Shown here one piece after another: positions 7,442 to 16,824 of a stretch of DNA of 64,000 nucleotides. The position numbers and the translations under genes were made by a program. Below the pieces are notes generated by a model. The model did not search any database. It saw only the letters and a list, made by a program, of their open reading frames with translations, and was not told where the DNA came from. Origin of the DNA: a virus; IMG/VR virus record IMGVR_UViG_3300027963_000041, positions 1 to 64,000 of that record; one strand, 5' to 3'. Each line of letters begins with the position of its first letter. The stretch's first letter is position 1.

Positions 7442-7675
7442 TTAACTGCCAAGTTTACATATTTCTTTATGCAGTCTGTTTGAACAATCTTTAATTACCC
7501 ATTGAACACAATACACTTTACGGTCAAATACGTCTCCTGTCCACATCCAACGGGCGCAGGTTCTTACTTCGTCCGATTTTTTAGGACTTTTTTTTATCTC
7601 AGCACTTGCAGTTAAAATGATCAAACATAATATAATTGATAAAAATTTTACAAGACGATAGGAAGCCAAAGCCAC
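7442..7675 (-). CDS. small secreted Cys/Trp protein
   Basis: Hydrophobic leader; CxRWxWTGDV...CVQW motif. Confidence 0.55.
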   Translation of the reverse strand: MALASYRLVKFLSIILCLIILTASAEIKKSPKKSDEVRTCARWMWTGDVFDRKVYCVQWVIKDCSNRLHKEICKLGS

Positions 7676-8208
7676 AGACCCTGACTCATAAGTAATGCCG
7701 CACCGAGTCCAACTAAAATACTACTCCAATACAATGACATGCTAACTGCTAAAATACTTGCAGTCAGTAAAACAATTGCGATTTGAAATGCAGAACCAGC
7801 AAATGTCATCCAAGGACCAGACTTACGAATCTGGTCACGTTCGGCTTCAAGGGCACGTGCCTTTGCCATTAGTTCTTTCTTACCTTCACCTGTTGCAGGC
7901 TCAGATTCATATCTATCAATCTTTGCTGTTAACTTGTCTGCTTTGTCAAATTGTTTTCTGTCAATAGCATCATCTCTAGCCATTTCTGCGAGAGTTTGCT
8001 TAACTGATTTTGCTTGATAGAATGCCCATGTATTGTTTGCACTAATTGTATTGTTCAATACTTTACTGCTATTACCACTTGAAATATAGGTATTGATTGC
8101 AAGCAAAGCGGCTAGAACAGTAATCAACCATCCTGCTTTGTCTTTGATATTTGCTTCACGTTCACTACGCGACAATGGTTTCTTTTCTGATAATACTACT
8201 TCTGCCAT
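7648..8208 (-). CDS. DUF4337-like membrane protein
   Basis: TM-soluble-2TM layout; WAFYQAKSVK and FQIAIVL motifs. Confidence 0.75.
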   Translation of the reverse strand: MAEVVLSEKKPLSRSEREANIKDKAGWLITVLAALLAINTYISSGNSSKVLNNTISANNTWAFYQAKSVKQTLAEMARDDAIDRKQFDKADKLTAKIDRYESEPATGEGKKELMAKARALEAERDQIRKSGPWMTFAGSAFQIAIVLLTASILAVSMSLYWSSILVGLGAALLMSQGLWLWLPIVL

Positions 8209-8209
8209 T

Positions 8210-8560
8210 TTAGTGTTCCTTCAATGGTCCAACTTTTTTCGTTACACCTGCTCTGTCTTCAAGAATAGCAATGTGTGTTCTATTCTCCATAATAGCGTCA
8301 CGGTTCTTTTGAATTTCTTTTTCTAAGTCTTGGCGTAGTTTTTCGCGAGCCAATTCAGCACCGCTATTGCTAGCCTGCTTGTTATCTGTAGTAACAACTA
8401 AACTCACTTTTTGATTCAGAATGGTCACATCATGTTGAATAGAACCTAATGCTTGAATTAAATATCCAACTGAACCAACTAATAAAGGTAATAGAGCAAA
8501 TAATAATTTCTCTATAAACGCACCTTTTTCATGCGCTTGTTCTGCTGTTTTTTCTGCCAT
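8210..8560 (-). CDS. TM + coiled-coil protein
   Basis: One N-terminal TM segment followed by heptad repeats. Confidence 0.7.
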   Translation of the reverse strand: MAEKTAEQAHEKGAFIEKLLFALLPLLVGSVGYLIQALGSIQHDVTILNQKVSLVVTTDNKQASNSGAELAREKLRQDLEKEIQKNRDAIMENRTHIAILEDRAGVTKKVGPLKEH

Positions 8561-8561
8561 T

Positions 8562-8711
8562 TTATTTTCCTTTGTTATGCAAATCGAATAATGATTTGAC
8601 TTTTTCTTCTAATACCCCAATTCGCACGTCCATTTTAGCCAAAACTATGACTAAAGTAATGAATGCTAAGAATACTGGCCATGCTTTTAAAAGTATCTCT
8701 ACAATGTCCAT
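8562..8711 (-). CDS. small TM + coiled-coil protein (49 aa; holin/XhlA-like?)
   Basis: Manual translation MDIVEILLKAWPVFLAFITLVIVLAKMDVRIGVLEEKVKSLFDLHNKGK; GGAGG RBS; absent from the ORF track. Confidence 0.65.
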   Translation of the reverse strand: MDIVEILLKAWPVFLAFITLVIVLAKMDVRIGVLEEKVKSLFDLHNKGK

Positions 8712-8786
8712 AACTATTATCCTCCCTAGGACTTGACAACATATTTATGGTAAACCAAGTTTTTGATAATTATCAGAGGGAGATTT

Positions 8787-8844
8787 TGTTGTTTTTATGC
8801 AACAAAAAGAAAACCCTTGACAAGTGTGCCCATTGTGGTATACT
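8787..8844 (+). promoter_or_regulatory. early promoter with upstream palindrome, copy 1
   Basis: TGTTG-N8-CAACA, 12 bp, then TTGACA-16-TATACT. Confidence 0.85.
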
Positions 8845-8873
8845 AGAGTCTGATTAATCGAAAAGGAAACAAA

Positions 8874-9128
8874 ATGTCTCTGACTGCCTATGTTGACCGA
8901 AAAAATGCATTCGCTAAAATCTTCGGTAGCCGCCAACTAAGTTTGCAAAATGCGGCTGACCGCCAATCCATTGCTGATAGCATTGATTCGGATTTAAGTC
9001 CCGAAAACCTGACTTGTGACGGTGAATTGAGCCGTAGCCAAGTACAGGCTCGTTACAAGACTTTGACCAAAGCCGCTAAAGAACTGCAAAAACTTGATCC
9101 TTCCGTTAAGTTTTACGAATTTGCATAG
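8874..9128 (+). CDS. hypothetical early protein
   Basis: AAGGA RBS; LSPENLTCDGE motif. Confidence 0.8.
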   Translation: MSLTAYVDRKNAFAKIFGSRQLSLQNAADRQSIADSIDSDLSPENLTCDGELSRSQVQARYKTLTKAAKELQKLDPSVKFYEFA

Positions 9129-9186
9129 TGTTGTAAAAATACAACAAAAAGAAAACCCTTGACATTTACCATGAAACGTGTAGAAT
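9129..9186 (+). promoter_or_regulatory. early promoter with upstream palindrome, copy 2
   Basis: TGTTG-N8-CAACA, 12 bp, then TTGACA-16-TAGAAT. Confidence 0.85.
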
Positions 9187-9322
9187 AGGTACTGTAGTGA
9201 GTTGATAGTGATACGGAGATTGAAATGATGACATTCTTGATGATTCTTGTTGGTTTGTTTACTGTGGCAGTACTTTTCGGTGCCGCTGTAAGTGAGTCTG
9301 TTACAACTTTGGGATAATTGAT

Positions 9323-9577
9323 ATGCGTACAAAAACTTTTATTGACGGCTTTAAGAATTCACAAAAAATCCGTGTGATGTTTGAAGGTTTCGGTGTTTAC
9401 ACTACAGTCGGTGGTGTTTGCGAAACTTTCGCTACCGCTAGCCATAGCGCCGCCGCTTGTGATGCATTGTTGAAGTTGGCTTATATGCGCCGCACGGCAG
9501 AGAGAGCCGGCGATTTGATTCCAGTTGGTTTGGGTTATACAACCCGCGGTATGCAAGTTCAAATTGATTTGATTTAA
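9323..9577 (+). CDS. hypothetical early protein
   Basis: ORF in a tightly packed co-directional run. Confidence 0.7.
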   Translation: MRTKTFIDGFKNSQKIRVMFEGFGVYTTVGGVCETFATASHSAAACDALLKLAYMRRTAERAGDLIPVGLGYTTRGMQVQIDLI

Positions 9578-9586
9578 GGAAATAAA

Positions 9587-9823
9587 ATGGATACGTTGAC
9601 TACAGATATTTCTTACGGAATGTTTAGTTCCGAGGGTAACTTAGCCGTTCATGGTGTTGTTGTTGCCGCAATAACAATGAACCTGACATGGCCACAAACT
9701 TACAAGTGTCTCAACATGTTAGCCAAAAATGATTATAGCAAATTTGGTGAAGCAATGGACACCGATGTGCGCGAAGCCGTCTACAATACTTGTGGTTTTA
9801 CTTCTGACTTTTATGGAGCGTAA
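9587..9823 (+). CDS. hypothetical early protein
   Basis: AAGGA RBS; YGMFS.EGN motif. Confidence 0.75.
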   Translation: MDTLTTDISYGMFSSEGNLAVHGVVVAAITMNLTWPQTYKCLNMLAKNDYSKFGEAMDTDVREAVYNTCGFTSDFYGA

Positions 9824-9824
9824 T

Positions 9825-10004
9825 ATGAAAATCGAAACAGCAATTGGTATTTTGGAAAAAGAACGTCAATTTTTGGGCATGGGTTTTTTGGACTTGTTGC
9901 AGGACATTCAAAAACACGGAAAGATGATTTACTCGGAACGTGTCATGGAAGCCTTTGAACGGTTCATGATTGACGGTCGCCGTATGTTCGCAACTGTTGC
10001 GTAA
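9825..10004 (+). CDS. hypothetical early protein
   Basis: GGAG RBS before ATG 9825. Confidence 0.7.
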   Translation: MKIETAIGILEKERQFLGMGFLDLLQDIQKHGKMIYSERVMEAFERFMIDGRRMFATVA

Positions 10005-10053
10005 AAACAACACTTTAGATAGTGCTTGACGGGACGGCAAAAACCTGTATAAT
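9995..10053 (+). promoter_or_regulatory. early promoter with upstream palindrome, copy 3
   Basis: TGTTG-N8-CAACA, 13 bp, then TTGACG-16-TATAAT. Confidence 0.8.
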
Positions 10054-10083
10054 AGGTACTGTACTGATTGATAAGGACTTGAT

Positions 10084-10833
10084 ATGAAACTGCTTTCTAC
10101 CGGAAACCCCAAAATTCTCAAGGGCATGGCTCAAGGTTACAATACCTATATCCTGCACCTTGCACCGGCTAATGTTAGCGGTTATGAAACCTGTCCAAAG
10201 CGCACCGCGGGTTGTACTGCCGCCTGCCTGAATACGGCTGGTCGCGGTGGTATGTTTAAGCGTGGCGAATCCACTAACGTGATCCAAGAAGCCCGTAAGC
10301 GTAAGACCCGTTTGTTTTTTGAGAACCGTACCGAATTTATGCGTTTACTTGTTGCCGATATTGAATTGGCGATCAAGCAAAGCAAGCGCCTTGGTTTGAT
10401 TCCTGTGTTCCGTTTGAACGGCACCAGCGACCTTTCTTTTGAAAAGTATGAGGTTGTTCGTAACCAAAAATTGTTTCGTAACATTTTCTCTGCCTTTGCC
10501 GAAGTCCAATTCTATGATTATACAAAGGTGCTTGGACGTAAAGTAACCGCGATTGAAAATTATCACTTGACATTTTCTGCCGCCGACGGCAATGATGCCG
10601 ATGTTGTAAAAGCAATCCAACAAGGTTACAATGTTGCTACCGTGTTTGGTATCAAGAAAACCCTGCCAATGCCTGAGGCTTATATGGGCTTGCCAGTGTT
10701 CAATGGTGACGAATCCGACTTGCGTTTCCTTGATCCAAAAGGTGTTGTGGTTGGCTTGTATGCTAAAGGCAAGGCTAAAAAAGACACCAGCGGTTTTGTG
10801 AAATATCCTACTCTTATGTTGATGGCCGCTTAA
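10084..10833 (+). CDS. Gp88-like Cys-rich phage protein
   Basis: CP-x5-C-x3-CL, RLNGTSD, FYDYTK and GDESDLRF motifs. Confidence 0.7.
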   Translation: MKLLSTGNPKILKGMAQGYNTYILHLAPANVSGYETCPKRTAGCTAACLNTAGRGGMFKRGESTNVIQEARKRKTRLFFENRTEFMRLLVADIELAIKQSKRLGLIPVFRLNGTSDLSFEKYEVVRNQKLFRNIFSAFAEVQFYDYTKVLGRKVTAIENYHLTFSAADGNDADVVKAIQQGYNVATVFGIKKTLPMPEAYMGLPVFNGDESDLRFLDPKGVVVGLYAKGKAKKDTSGFVKYPTLMLMAA

Positions 10834-10834
10834 A

Positions 10835-11080
10835 ATGAAATCCAAAATTTTTATTATTCAACGTGAAAACGATAAGTATTTTAAACAGAAATTGCCTACA
10901 TGGCGAAATGGTTTTTGTGAAATTATGCGGAGTGTTACTGTAGAACCAGACCCGCATAATGTTTATGATTGTTGGGGTACTATCGAAGCATACGGACAAA
11001 AACTTTTTGTTTATGCCAACGATTATGAAGGTGAAGAAAAATTGTGGCAAATTTATGGTGTTGCGAAAGGCAAGAAATAA
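10835..11080 (+). CDS. hypothetical protein
   Basis: Operonic packing. Confidence 0.65.
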   Translation: MKSKIFIIQRENDKYFKQKLPTWRNGFCEIMRSVTVEPDPHNVYDCWGTIEAYGQKLFVYANDYEGEEKLWQIYGVAKGKK

Positions 11081-11301
11081 TGATTCGTAATAAGCGTAAA
11101 AATGCAAAGCCTGTAATTGACCTGACTGGTCCACAAGGCAATGCATTTTATTTGATGGGCGTAGTATTGAAAACTTTCCGACAATCTGGTGCGCCTGAAT
11201 TGGGTGAATCGATTGTTGAAGAAATGAAAAAAGGTGACTATGAACACCTAGTAAAAACTTTTGATTTGTATCTCGGTGAACATTTTATTTTGGAGCGTTA
11301 A
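11080..11301 (+). CDS. hypothetical protein
   Basis: IDLTGPQGNAF motif; start overlaps the upstream stop. Confidence 0.75.
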   Translation: MIRNKRKNAKPVIDLTGPQGNAFYLMGVVLKTFRQSGAPELGESIVEEMKKGDYEHLVKTFDLYLGEHFILER

Positions 11302-11303
11302 AA

Positions 11304-11738
11304 ATGGGTACTCGGTCTTTAACTTTTGTGTACGATGGTTCCAATTCCGATGACGGAACTAATGAACCGATCATGTGCATCTATCGGCAATTCGATGGCT
11401 ATCCCTCAGGGCATGGACATGAACTTGCTCAGTTTTTGAATTCTAAAACCCTAGTCAATGGGTATAGTGATAAAAATTCTGCTGAGGCAAATGGCATGGG
11501 TTGCCTTGCCGCACAATTGGTTGTTCAATTGAAACATGGTGTTGGTGGAATTTATATCTACGCACCAATGACTGGCCGTGACTACAGCCAAGATTATGAA
11601 TACCATGTGTATGAAGACAAAGTAATTGTGTATCACGATTTTCCATATGGCGAAAGTCCATATGACCAAGAACCATTGTTCGAAGGTACATGGGAAGAGT
11701 TTGCACAATTTTGTTTAGACCCAGTTTCTGTGGAGTGA
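11304..11738 (+). CDS. conserved phage protein (MGTRS...YRQFDGYP)
   Basis: Motif and GGAG RBS. Confidence 0.8.
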   Translation: MGTRSLTFVYDGSNSDDGTNEPIMCIYRQFDGYPSGHGHELAQFLNSKTLVNGYSDKNSAEANGMGCLAAQLVVQLKHGVGGIYIYAPMTGRDYSQDYEYHVYEDKVIVYHDFPYGESPYDQEPLFEGTWEEFAQFCLDPVSVE

Positions 11739-11943
11739 ATATGCAAGATAGATTCAAAGTTTATTGCGAGTGGTGCCACGATTGGCATTACACCGATGAA
11801 GTTGAAATGTTGAATATAGAAGAAGACATTCAAGGGCGTGATGTGATGCACTTTGAATGCGGACAACCACCTTCATGGAACGAAGACATTTCACGGTACG
11901 ATGGTACTTCCTCACTTGTTTATAGAGAATGATAAGGTGAACT

Positions 11944-12324
11944 GTGGGAACGAATTACTACGTTGCAAAGAATCTGTGCGAATGTTGTAATCGCTATGAT
12001 GAAGAATACCATATTGGTAAAGCATCATATGGTTGGGCATTTTCGTTTCAAGGTTATCGTGCCGAACGTCTTGTTTCTTGGCGGGCATGGAAAGAATTTC
12101 TGAAAGATAAAATTATCATTGATGAATATGGAGAGCGGACCAATTACGATTGGTTTGTCAATTATATTGAAGAAAATAAATCCCCAGGATACGTTCGCGA
12201 AGATGGACACAAAAATCTTCAACATAACGAACAAGGTAAAATTGATAAGCGTCCATGGTTCAATCCCGAACATGATTGGGATGACGAAGATGGTTATGCT
12301 TTTTGTGCTAGAGAGTTTTCATAA
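11944..12324 (+). CDS. conserved phage protein (MGTNYY...HIGKxSxGW)
   Basis: Motif; GTG start with AAGGTG RBS. Confidence 0.75.
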   Translation: MGTNYYVAKNLCECCNRYDEEYHIGKASYGWAFSFQGYRAERLVSWRAWKEFLKDKIIIDEYGERTNYDWFVNYIEENKSPGYVREDGHKNLQHNEQGKIDKRPWFNPEHDWDDEDGYAFCAREFS

Positions 12325-12335
12325 AGGAGAAGTGT

Positions 12336-12545
12336 ATGTCAGGTTTTCAAAGTAAAAAAATGTTGTCGGCTAGTCGTGATTCAAAATTGCCAATTGAGGA
12401 ATATGCCAATGCCTTGTTTGAGGCAACTGTAGCCCTTGATGAACGGAATTCCCTCAAACCTACGCCGCAACAAAATCTCATTTGGTTGCAGGCTTTGTCG
12501 GAAATGTGGGTGCGCCAGTCTAGAAGTGAAGTAAGTACTTGCTAA
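12336..12545 (+). CDS. hypothetical protein
   Basis: AAGGAG RBS. Confidence 0.65.
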   Translation: MSGFQSKKMLSASRDSKLPIEEYANALFEATVALDERNSLKPTPQQNLIWLQALSEMWVRQSRSEVSTC

Positions 12546-12562
12546 CTTGTTGATTTTGATAG

Positions 12563-12621
12563 TGTTGTTTTTATGCAACAAAAAGAAAACCCTTGACAAT
12601 CCTCCACTAGTGCGGTATACT
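12563..12621 (+). promoter_or_regulatory. early promoter with upstream palindrome, copy 4
   Basis: TGTTG-N8-CAACA, 12 bp, then TTGACA-17-TATACT. Confidence 0.85.
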
Positions 12622-12651
12622 GTAATCTGTTGAGTGAGAGGAGTTTTTAAT

Positions 12652-12876
12652 ATGTCTAGATTGATTCGTGAAATGGAAGCAAGGTCTGCGCGGTCTGCAA
12701 TGATTCGCGAAGCCATGCGGGCTTATGAAGAATCCTGCCGCGCTGAGTACGGTTCTCCGTATGCGGCGATGGCTGGTGTCCTTGAATCTCTGTTGACTTC
12801 CCTAGCGGCTGATCGGCTGGATTCTACTGAGGAAGTTGTCCGTTCATTAAAGCGTTTAACTAAAGAGGTGGCATAA
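12652..12876 (+). CDS. hypothetical early protein
   Basis: GAGGAG RBS before ATG 12652. Confidence 0.7.
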   Translation: MSRLIREMEARSARSAMIREAMRAYEESCRAEYGSPYAAMAGVLESLLTSLAADRLDSTEEVVRSLKRLTKEVA

Positions 12877-13292
12877 TGGCTTACATGTCTCAAGAAAAGA
12901 AAACAAAAATTTCGGCTCTGTTGAAACCAATCCTTGCAAAGTACAAAGTGAAAGGTTCGCTAAGTGTGCGTAACCATTCCACAATTTGCTTGACAGTAAA
13001 GGCTGGCGCGATTGACTTTATCGGCAATAGCAACAAGGTTTGTGGCAATGACTTTTATCAAGTCCAGCGCGGCTTCAAGCCGAACACCACTGGCTATGAT
13101 CAAGTGAATCCATATTGGTTTCAAGACCACTATGATGGTGATGCCAAAGCATTTTTGACTGAAGCCTTTAAGGCTCTCAAAGGTGCCGATTGGTTTGATA
13201 AATCGGATGCGATGACGGATTACTTCCACACCGCATACTATGTTGATGTGAATATTGGAAAATGGAACACACCCTACGAATTGGTAAAGTAA
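12876..13292 (+). CDS. conserved phage protein (MAYMSQE...DAMTDYFHTAYY)
   Basis: Motif; start overlaps the upstream stop. Confidence 0.8.
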   Translation: MAYMSQEKKTKISALLKPILAKYKVKGSLSVRNHSTICLTVKAGAIDFIGNSNKVCGNDFYQVQRGFKPNTTGYDQVNPYWFQDHYDGDAKAFLTEAFKALKGADWFDKSDAMTDYFHTAYYVDVNIGKWNTPYELVK

Positions 13293-13765
13293 AGCGCCGC
13301 GACTTTGTGGCCAAAGACCTGCGTACACCGAAGTATCGTATGCGGGTCGTTGGCGACAAGCGTAAGCGTGATGCAAAACACAAATGGAAATTATATGAAT
13401 CCTGATCCGATGAGTTTCCGCCGTGCGGTTGCCGAAGAAATTCTGGACACAATTTATTTTGGGAATCTTGATTCTATCAGAGGCGCCAAAGGGCGCAAGT
13501 TTAGCAAAGTGAAGACTGGACAAAAGGATGCCTATATGCTTCCGTTCGGTTTCTCAAAGGACTGCTATGGTGCGGTCCTTGTGCATACCCCTAACCGCAT
13601 TGAAGTGGTGTCTAGGGTCCGAGGTGCTGAACGGAAGAACAGTTTCCGATCCGCATATGACACAAAGGTCTTTTTGTGCAGAACTTTCATAAGTTAGTGA
13701 GTACTAACTAACATGTCTTTCTTAGCCGATTCGCGACAATTTGAGGGCTTCCGAAGCCCTTTTGC

Positions 13766-13847
13766 GACCGGTTTTCCAGGCTTTTGGGCGGCTTTTGGGG
13801 ATGGGGTGCTACTCAGATATTACCCCCTAGCGGAAAACCGCCTAAAA
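13766..13847. repeat. GC-rich inverted-repeat element, copy A
   Basis: GACCGGTTT...TTTTGGGCGGCTTTT-36-GAAAACCGCCTAAAA; second copy at 19463-19543. Confidence 0.75.
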
Positions 13848-13856
13848 TCGCACCCT

Positions 13857-13915
13857 TGTTGCAAAAATACAACACTAAAAAAAGACTTGACATGGGTAGC
13901 CGTTTTTGGTATACT
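13857..13915 (+). promoter_or_regulatory. early promoter with upstream palindrome, copy 5
   Basis: TGTTG-N8-CAACA, 12 bp, then TTGACA-17-TATACT. Confidence 0.85.
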
Positions 13916-13921
13916 GTAAGT

Positions 13922-14239
13922 ATGGTAATGAGAAAGAAACGGTCCGACAGAAACCATGTAATATACATGGTGACTTGCGAGGATACTGGCGACACTTATG
14001 TTGGTTTGACAGTAGCCCTTGGTCAAGCGTACCTTAAATCTGTAAAGATTCGCTGGCAAAAACATATGAGCCGTGCGCGGTGCGAGGACAAGGATTGGAA
14101 TTTTTGTAATGCTTTGCGAGTACTTGATGAATGCGATTGGCGTTATCAGGTTCTCGAAGTGGTCCGCGGTCGTAAGAATGCACACCAGCGTGAACGTGAA
14201 TTGATCCGCGATTTGAATCCTACTTTAAATACGTTTTAA
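13922..14239 (+). CDS. GIY-YIG-like nuclease
   Basis: VIY-x10-YVG, RWQKH and ERELI...LN motifs. Confidence 0.75.
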   Translation: MVMRKKRSDRNHVIYMVTCEDTGDTYVGLTVALGQAYLKSVKIRWQKHMSRARCEDKDWNFCNALRVLDECDWRYQVLEVVRGRKNAHQRERELIRDLNPTLNTF

Positions 14240-14578
14240 CTATTATGTCAATAGAAAAAATTAATTTGCTTTTACAGGAAATTGCTGATACAATTTCCAT
14301 TGAAAGAATGAATCAGTATGCCGATGAACTTGACATGGAAATGCTATTGGCTGATCCGCGGTTCTACGGTCCTGATTGTAATGATTGTGATGGTCCTTGG
14401 TATTGGGAGGTAAAGTGATGAGAGGTTCGATTCGATTTTTTCTTGGTCTGTTGATTGTCTTTGGTGCTGTTGGCACCCTCGAAGTGAATCCAGATGCAAG
14501 TTTGCTGGTTCAGTTGATTCTGGCTGGCGCAGGTTTATTGTTAATGAAGTCCGGTGCTGATGCCCTAGGAGGTGCATA

Positions 14579-14821
14579 ATGTTTATTGCAAAACCCAATG
14601 ATATGAATTTTTCAAATTCGCAAAAGTTTGCCGATATGTTTGAGGCGCAATCGTACCTCGAACAGGTAACTGGAGTGAACATGCCGATGGATGAGTGGAT
14701 CATCCTTGGTAAGATTCTGGAAGTTAACCCTTACGGAGATAACGTAATGCCAGAGTTTTATCCCAAAGTCCGTAAGGGTAATATTGTCATGGAGAGGGTT
14801 GACATTGAATCCTTCCTGTGA
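14579..14821 (+). CDS. hypothetical protein
   Basis: GGAGG RBS. Confidence 0.7.
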   Translation: MFIAKPNDMNFSNSQKFADMFEAQSYLEQVTGVNMPMDEWIILGKILEVNPYGDNVMPEFYPKVRKGNIVMERVDIESFL

Positions 14822-14875
14822 TAGAATGATAATGTTGGTTGGTAATTTTGTTTTTTTTAATTTAGGAGATTGATT

Positions 14876-15358
14876 ATGTCGAAGAATCTGCAATATGTGC
14901 GTGTGTTGGAATTGCTTCAAAGCGCCAAGGGTCCCGTTAAGGTTTCGGATGTGAAGGCTTTGGATGGCATTGTGCCGACACGCCTTTCCACGTACCTGTG
15001 GGAGATCAAGAAAAATACGGGCTTTGCTGTTAAGTCCAATCGCGATGGTCGCGCCGTTGTGAGTTATGAACTTGTTGGTTCAGGGATAGTACCTTCCCCA
15101 AAGGTAGTACAGGTGTCTAAGGTAGCCACCACCAAAACTACTGCTAAGGCTACCACTAAGGCGACTGCAAAGCCAGCGCCAGCCAAAGTGACGAAGGTCG
15201 CTAAGGCAAAGACTATCGCAAGCGAGATGCAAGACGATGTTCTTCCTACTGCCAAGATGGCAAAGAACGCCAATGTGTTTGATGCATTGGATGAGATTGA
15301 TACCACGGCTGACTTTGAAGACCGTGCGTATGCCTCGCAGTATGTAAGAGGAATGTAA
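14876..15358 (+). CDS. HTH-like protein with a K/A/T-rich tail
   Basis: Promoter TTGACA-17-TAGAAT at 14799-14827; AGGAG RBS; low-complexity linker. Confidence 0.7.
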   Translation: MSKNLQYVRVLELLQSAKGPVKVSDVKALDGIVPTRLSTYLWEIKKNTGFAVKSNRDGRAVVSYELVGSGIVPSPKVVQVSKVATTKTTAKATTKATAKPAPAKVTKVAKAKTIASEMQDDVLPTAKMAKNANVFDALDEIDTTADFEDRAYASQYVRGM

Positions 15359-15537
15359 GATGAACCGAGTTCAGGCGAACACCGGTTCGCCTGAACTAAT
15401 CCAATTAGTGTTCAATGCTTGGACGTTGGGTTATACAGGCGAACAGGTTATATCTTATGTTGTTTTTAACTCTGGCTGTACTGTAGATGAGGCGAATATT
15501 GCTATGAAAGAAGTTTACGAGACCATGAAGGAATAAT

Positions 15538-16047
15538 ATGCCAAGCATTACAAAAATCTATCTAGATATGGATGGTGTACTCTGCAACTTTGATACGCGG
15601 TGGGTTGAACTATTCAATGAAACGCCTAGACAAACACGCGAAAGAAAAGAATTTGTTCCTAATTGGGACACTTTCGTTTTGAATGAAAACTTTGTGACAT
15701 TGGATAAATTTCCTGGCTCTGATGATTTGCTAGAATTTGTCATGTCAAAGTCTGATACTGTTGACATTGAAATTTTGTCCTCAAGTGGCGGACAAAAATA
15801 TCACAATAAAGTGAGGGATCAAAAAATGCGCTATCTCAAGGCGCGTGGTTTGACATTCCCGGCTAACATTGTTCCAGGTCGCAAGTTGAAACAATACTAT
15901 GCAACACCTGATTCTATTCTTATTGATGACACCGAAGATGTAATTGAAGCCTTCAATCGTGCGGGTGGCATCGGTATCTTGCATAAAGATGCAAGTGAAA
16001 CTTTATCTGTTTTAAGGAAAATTTTTAATGAAGACTTTCAATACTAA
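15538..16047 (+). CDS. HAD-family 5'(3')-deoxyribonucleotidase-like protein
   Basis: YLDMDGVL, ILSS and LIDD motifs. Confidence 0.88.
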   Translation: MPSITKIYLDMDGVLCNFDTRWVELFNETPRQTRERKEFVPNWDTFVLNENFVTLDKFPGSDDLLEFVMSKSDTVDIEILSSSGGQKYHNKVRDQKMRYLKARGLTFPANIVPGRKLKQYYATPDSILIDDTEDVIEAFNRAGGIGILHKDASETLSVLRKIFNEDFQY

Positions 16048-16249
16048 TGGACTAATGATTGATTGGGATACGGCTGATCGTATCACAATGTTGACACTCA
16101 CGAATTATCGCAACAGTCTTCAAGAACATTTGGATGGCGGTGCTGATGGTTCGCGATGGTTGCATCCAGAGGATGAGGTACATAATCGTGCGATGATTCA
16201 AGCAATTAATTTTGTAGTCAAGGACTTTGGCGGAACTGAACATGGCTGA
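16028..16249 (+). CDS. hypothetical protein
   Basis: Operonic; AAGGA RBS. Confidence 0.65.
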   Translation: MKTFNTNGLMIDWDTADRITMLTLTNYRNSLQEHLDGGADGSRWLHPEDEVHNRAMIQAINFVVKDFGGTEHG

Positions 16250-16452
16250 GCCAATAAGTGAAGAAGACCTAATCTATCAGGCATGGCGCGATAGTGAATC
16301 GTATCAAGTGCCAATGACAAAAGAAGGCGAAAAACTTTGCGAACAAAGATTTTGGGGTTTCAAAAAAGGTTGGGCATACGCAAAGTTTCATACAAAAACT
16401 AATGACGTTTACATGAAGGACTACTATGACTACGGACCAAGAATGGCTGAAG

Positions 16453-16824
16453 ATGAATGATAATCTACATGATCATTTTACTCATGTAGAACGAGCCCAC
16501 TTAGGAACTGGTATTGGATGGTACAATCTCATCTATACTTTGACCAATTGCATTGATCGCCGGCTCGAACATCTAAACAAAGATGGTGGCAATCGTAAAG
16601 TAGTCATTGCACAAATCAAAGAAAAGTTTGGTGGTCTTCGGTATTATGCCGATGGTGATGTAGACGAACAGATGGATGGCATGATTGACTTTGCCGAGTC
16701 TTTGAGTTATACTATATGTGAAGAATGCGGCGCACCTGGCAAACTAAGAGGTGGTGGCTGGATGCGTACACTCTGCGATAAGCATGAGGAAGAACGACAA
16801 GCAAGATATAAGGAGATGAAATGA
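16453..16824 (+). CDS. conserved phage protein with a C-terminal zinc ribbon
   Basis: QIKEKFGGLRYY and CEECG...LCDKH motifs. Confidence 0.8.
   Translation: MNDNLHDHFTHVERAHLGTGIGWYNLIYTLTNCIDRRLEHLNKDGGNRKVVIAQIKEKFGGLRYYADGDVDEQMDGMIDFAESLSYTICEECGAPGKLRGGGWMRTLCDKHEEERQARYKEMK

Noticed and set aside
13922-14239. GIY-YIG gene as a mobile homing endonuclease or intron ORF
   Set aside because: No flanking split gene, no C-terminal DNA-binding repeats, and it has its own early promoter
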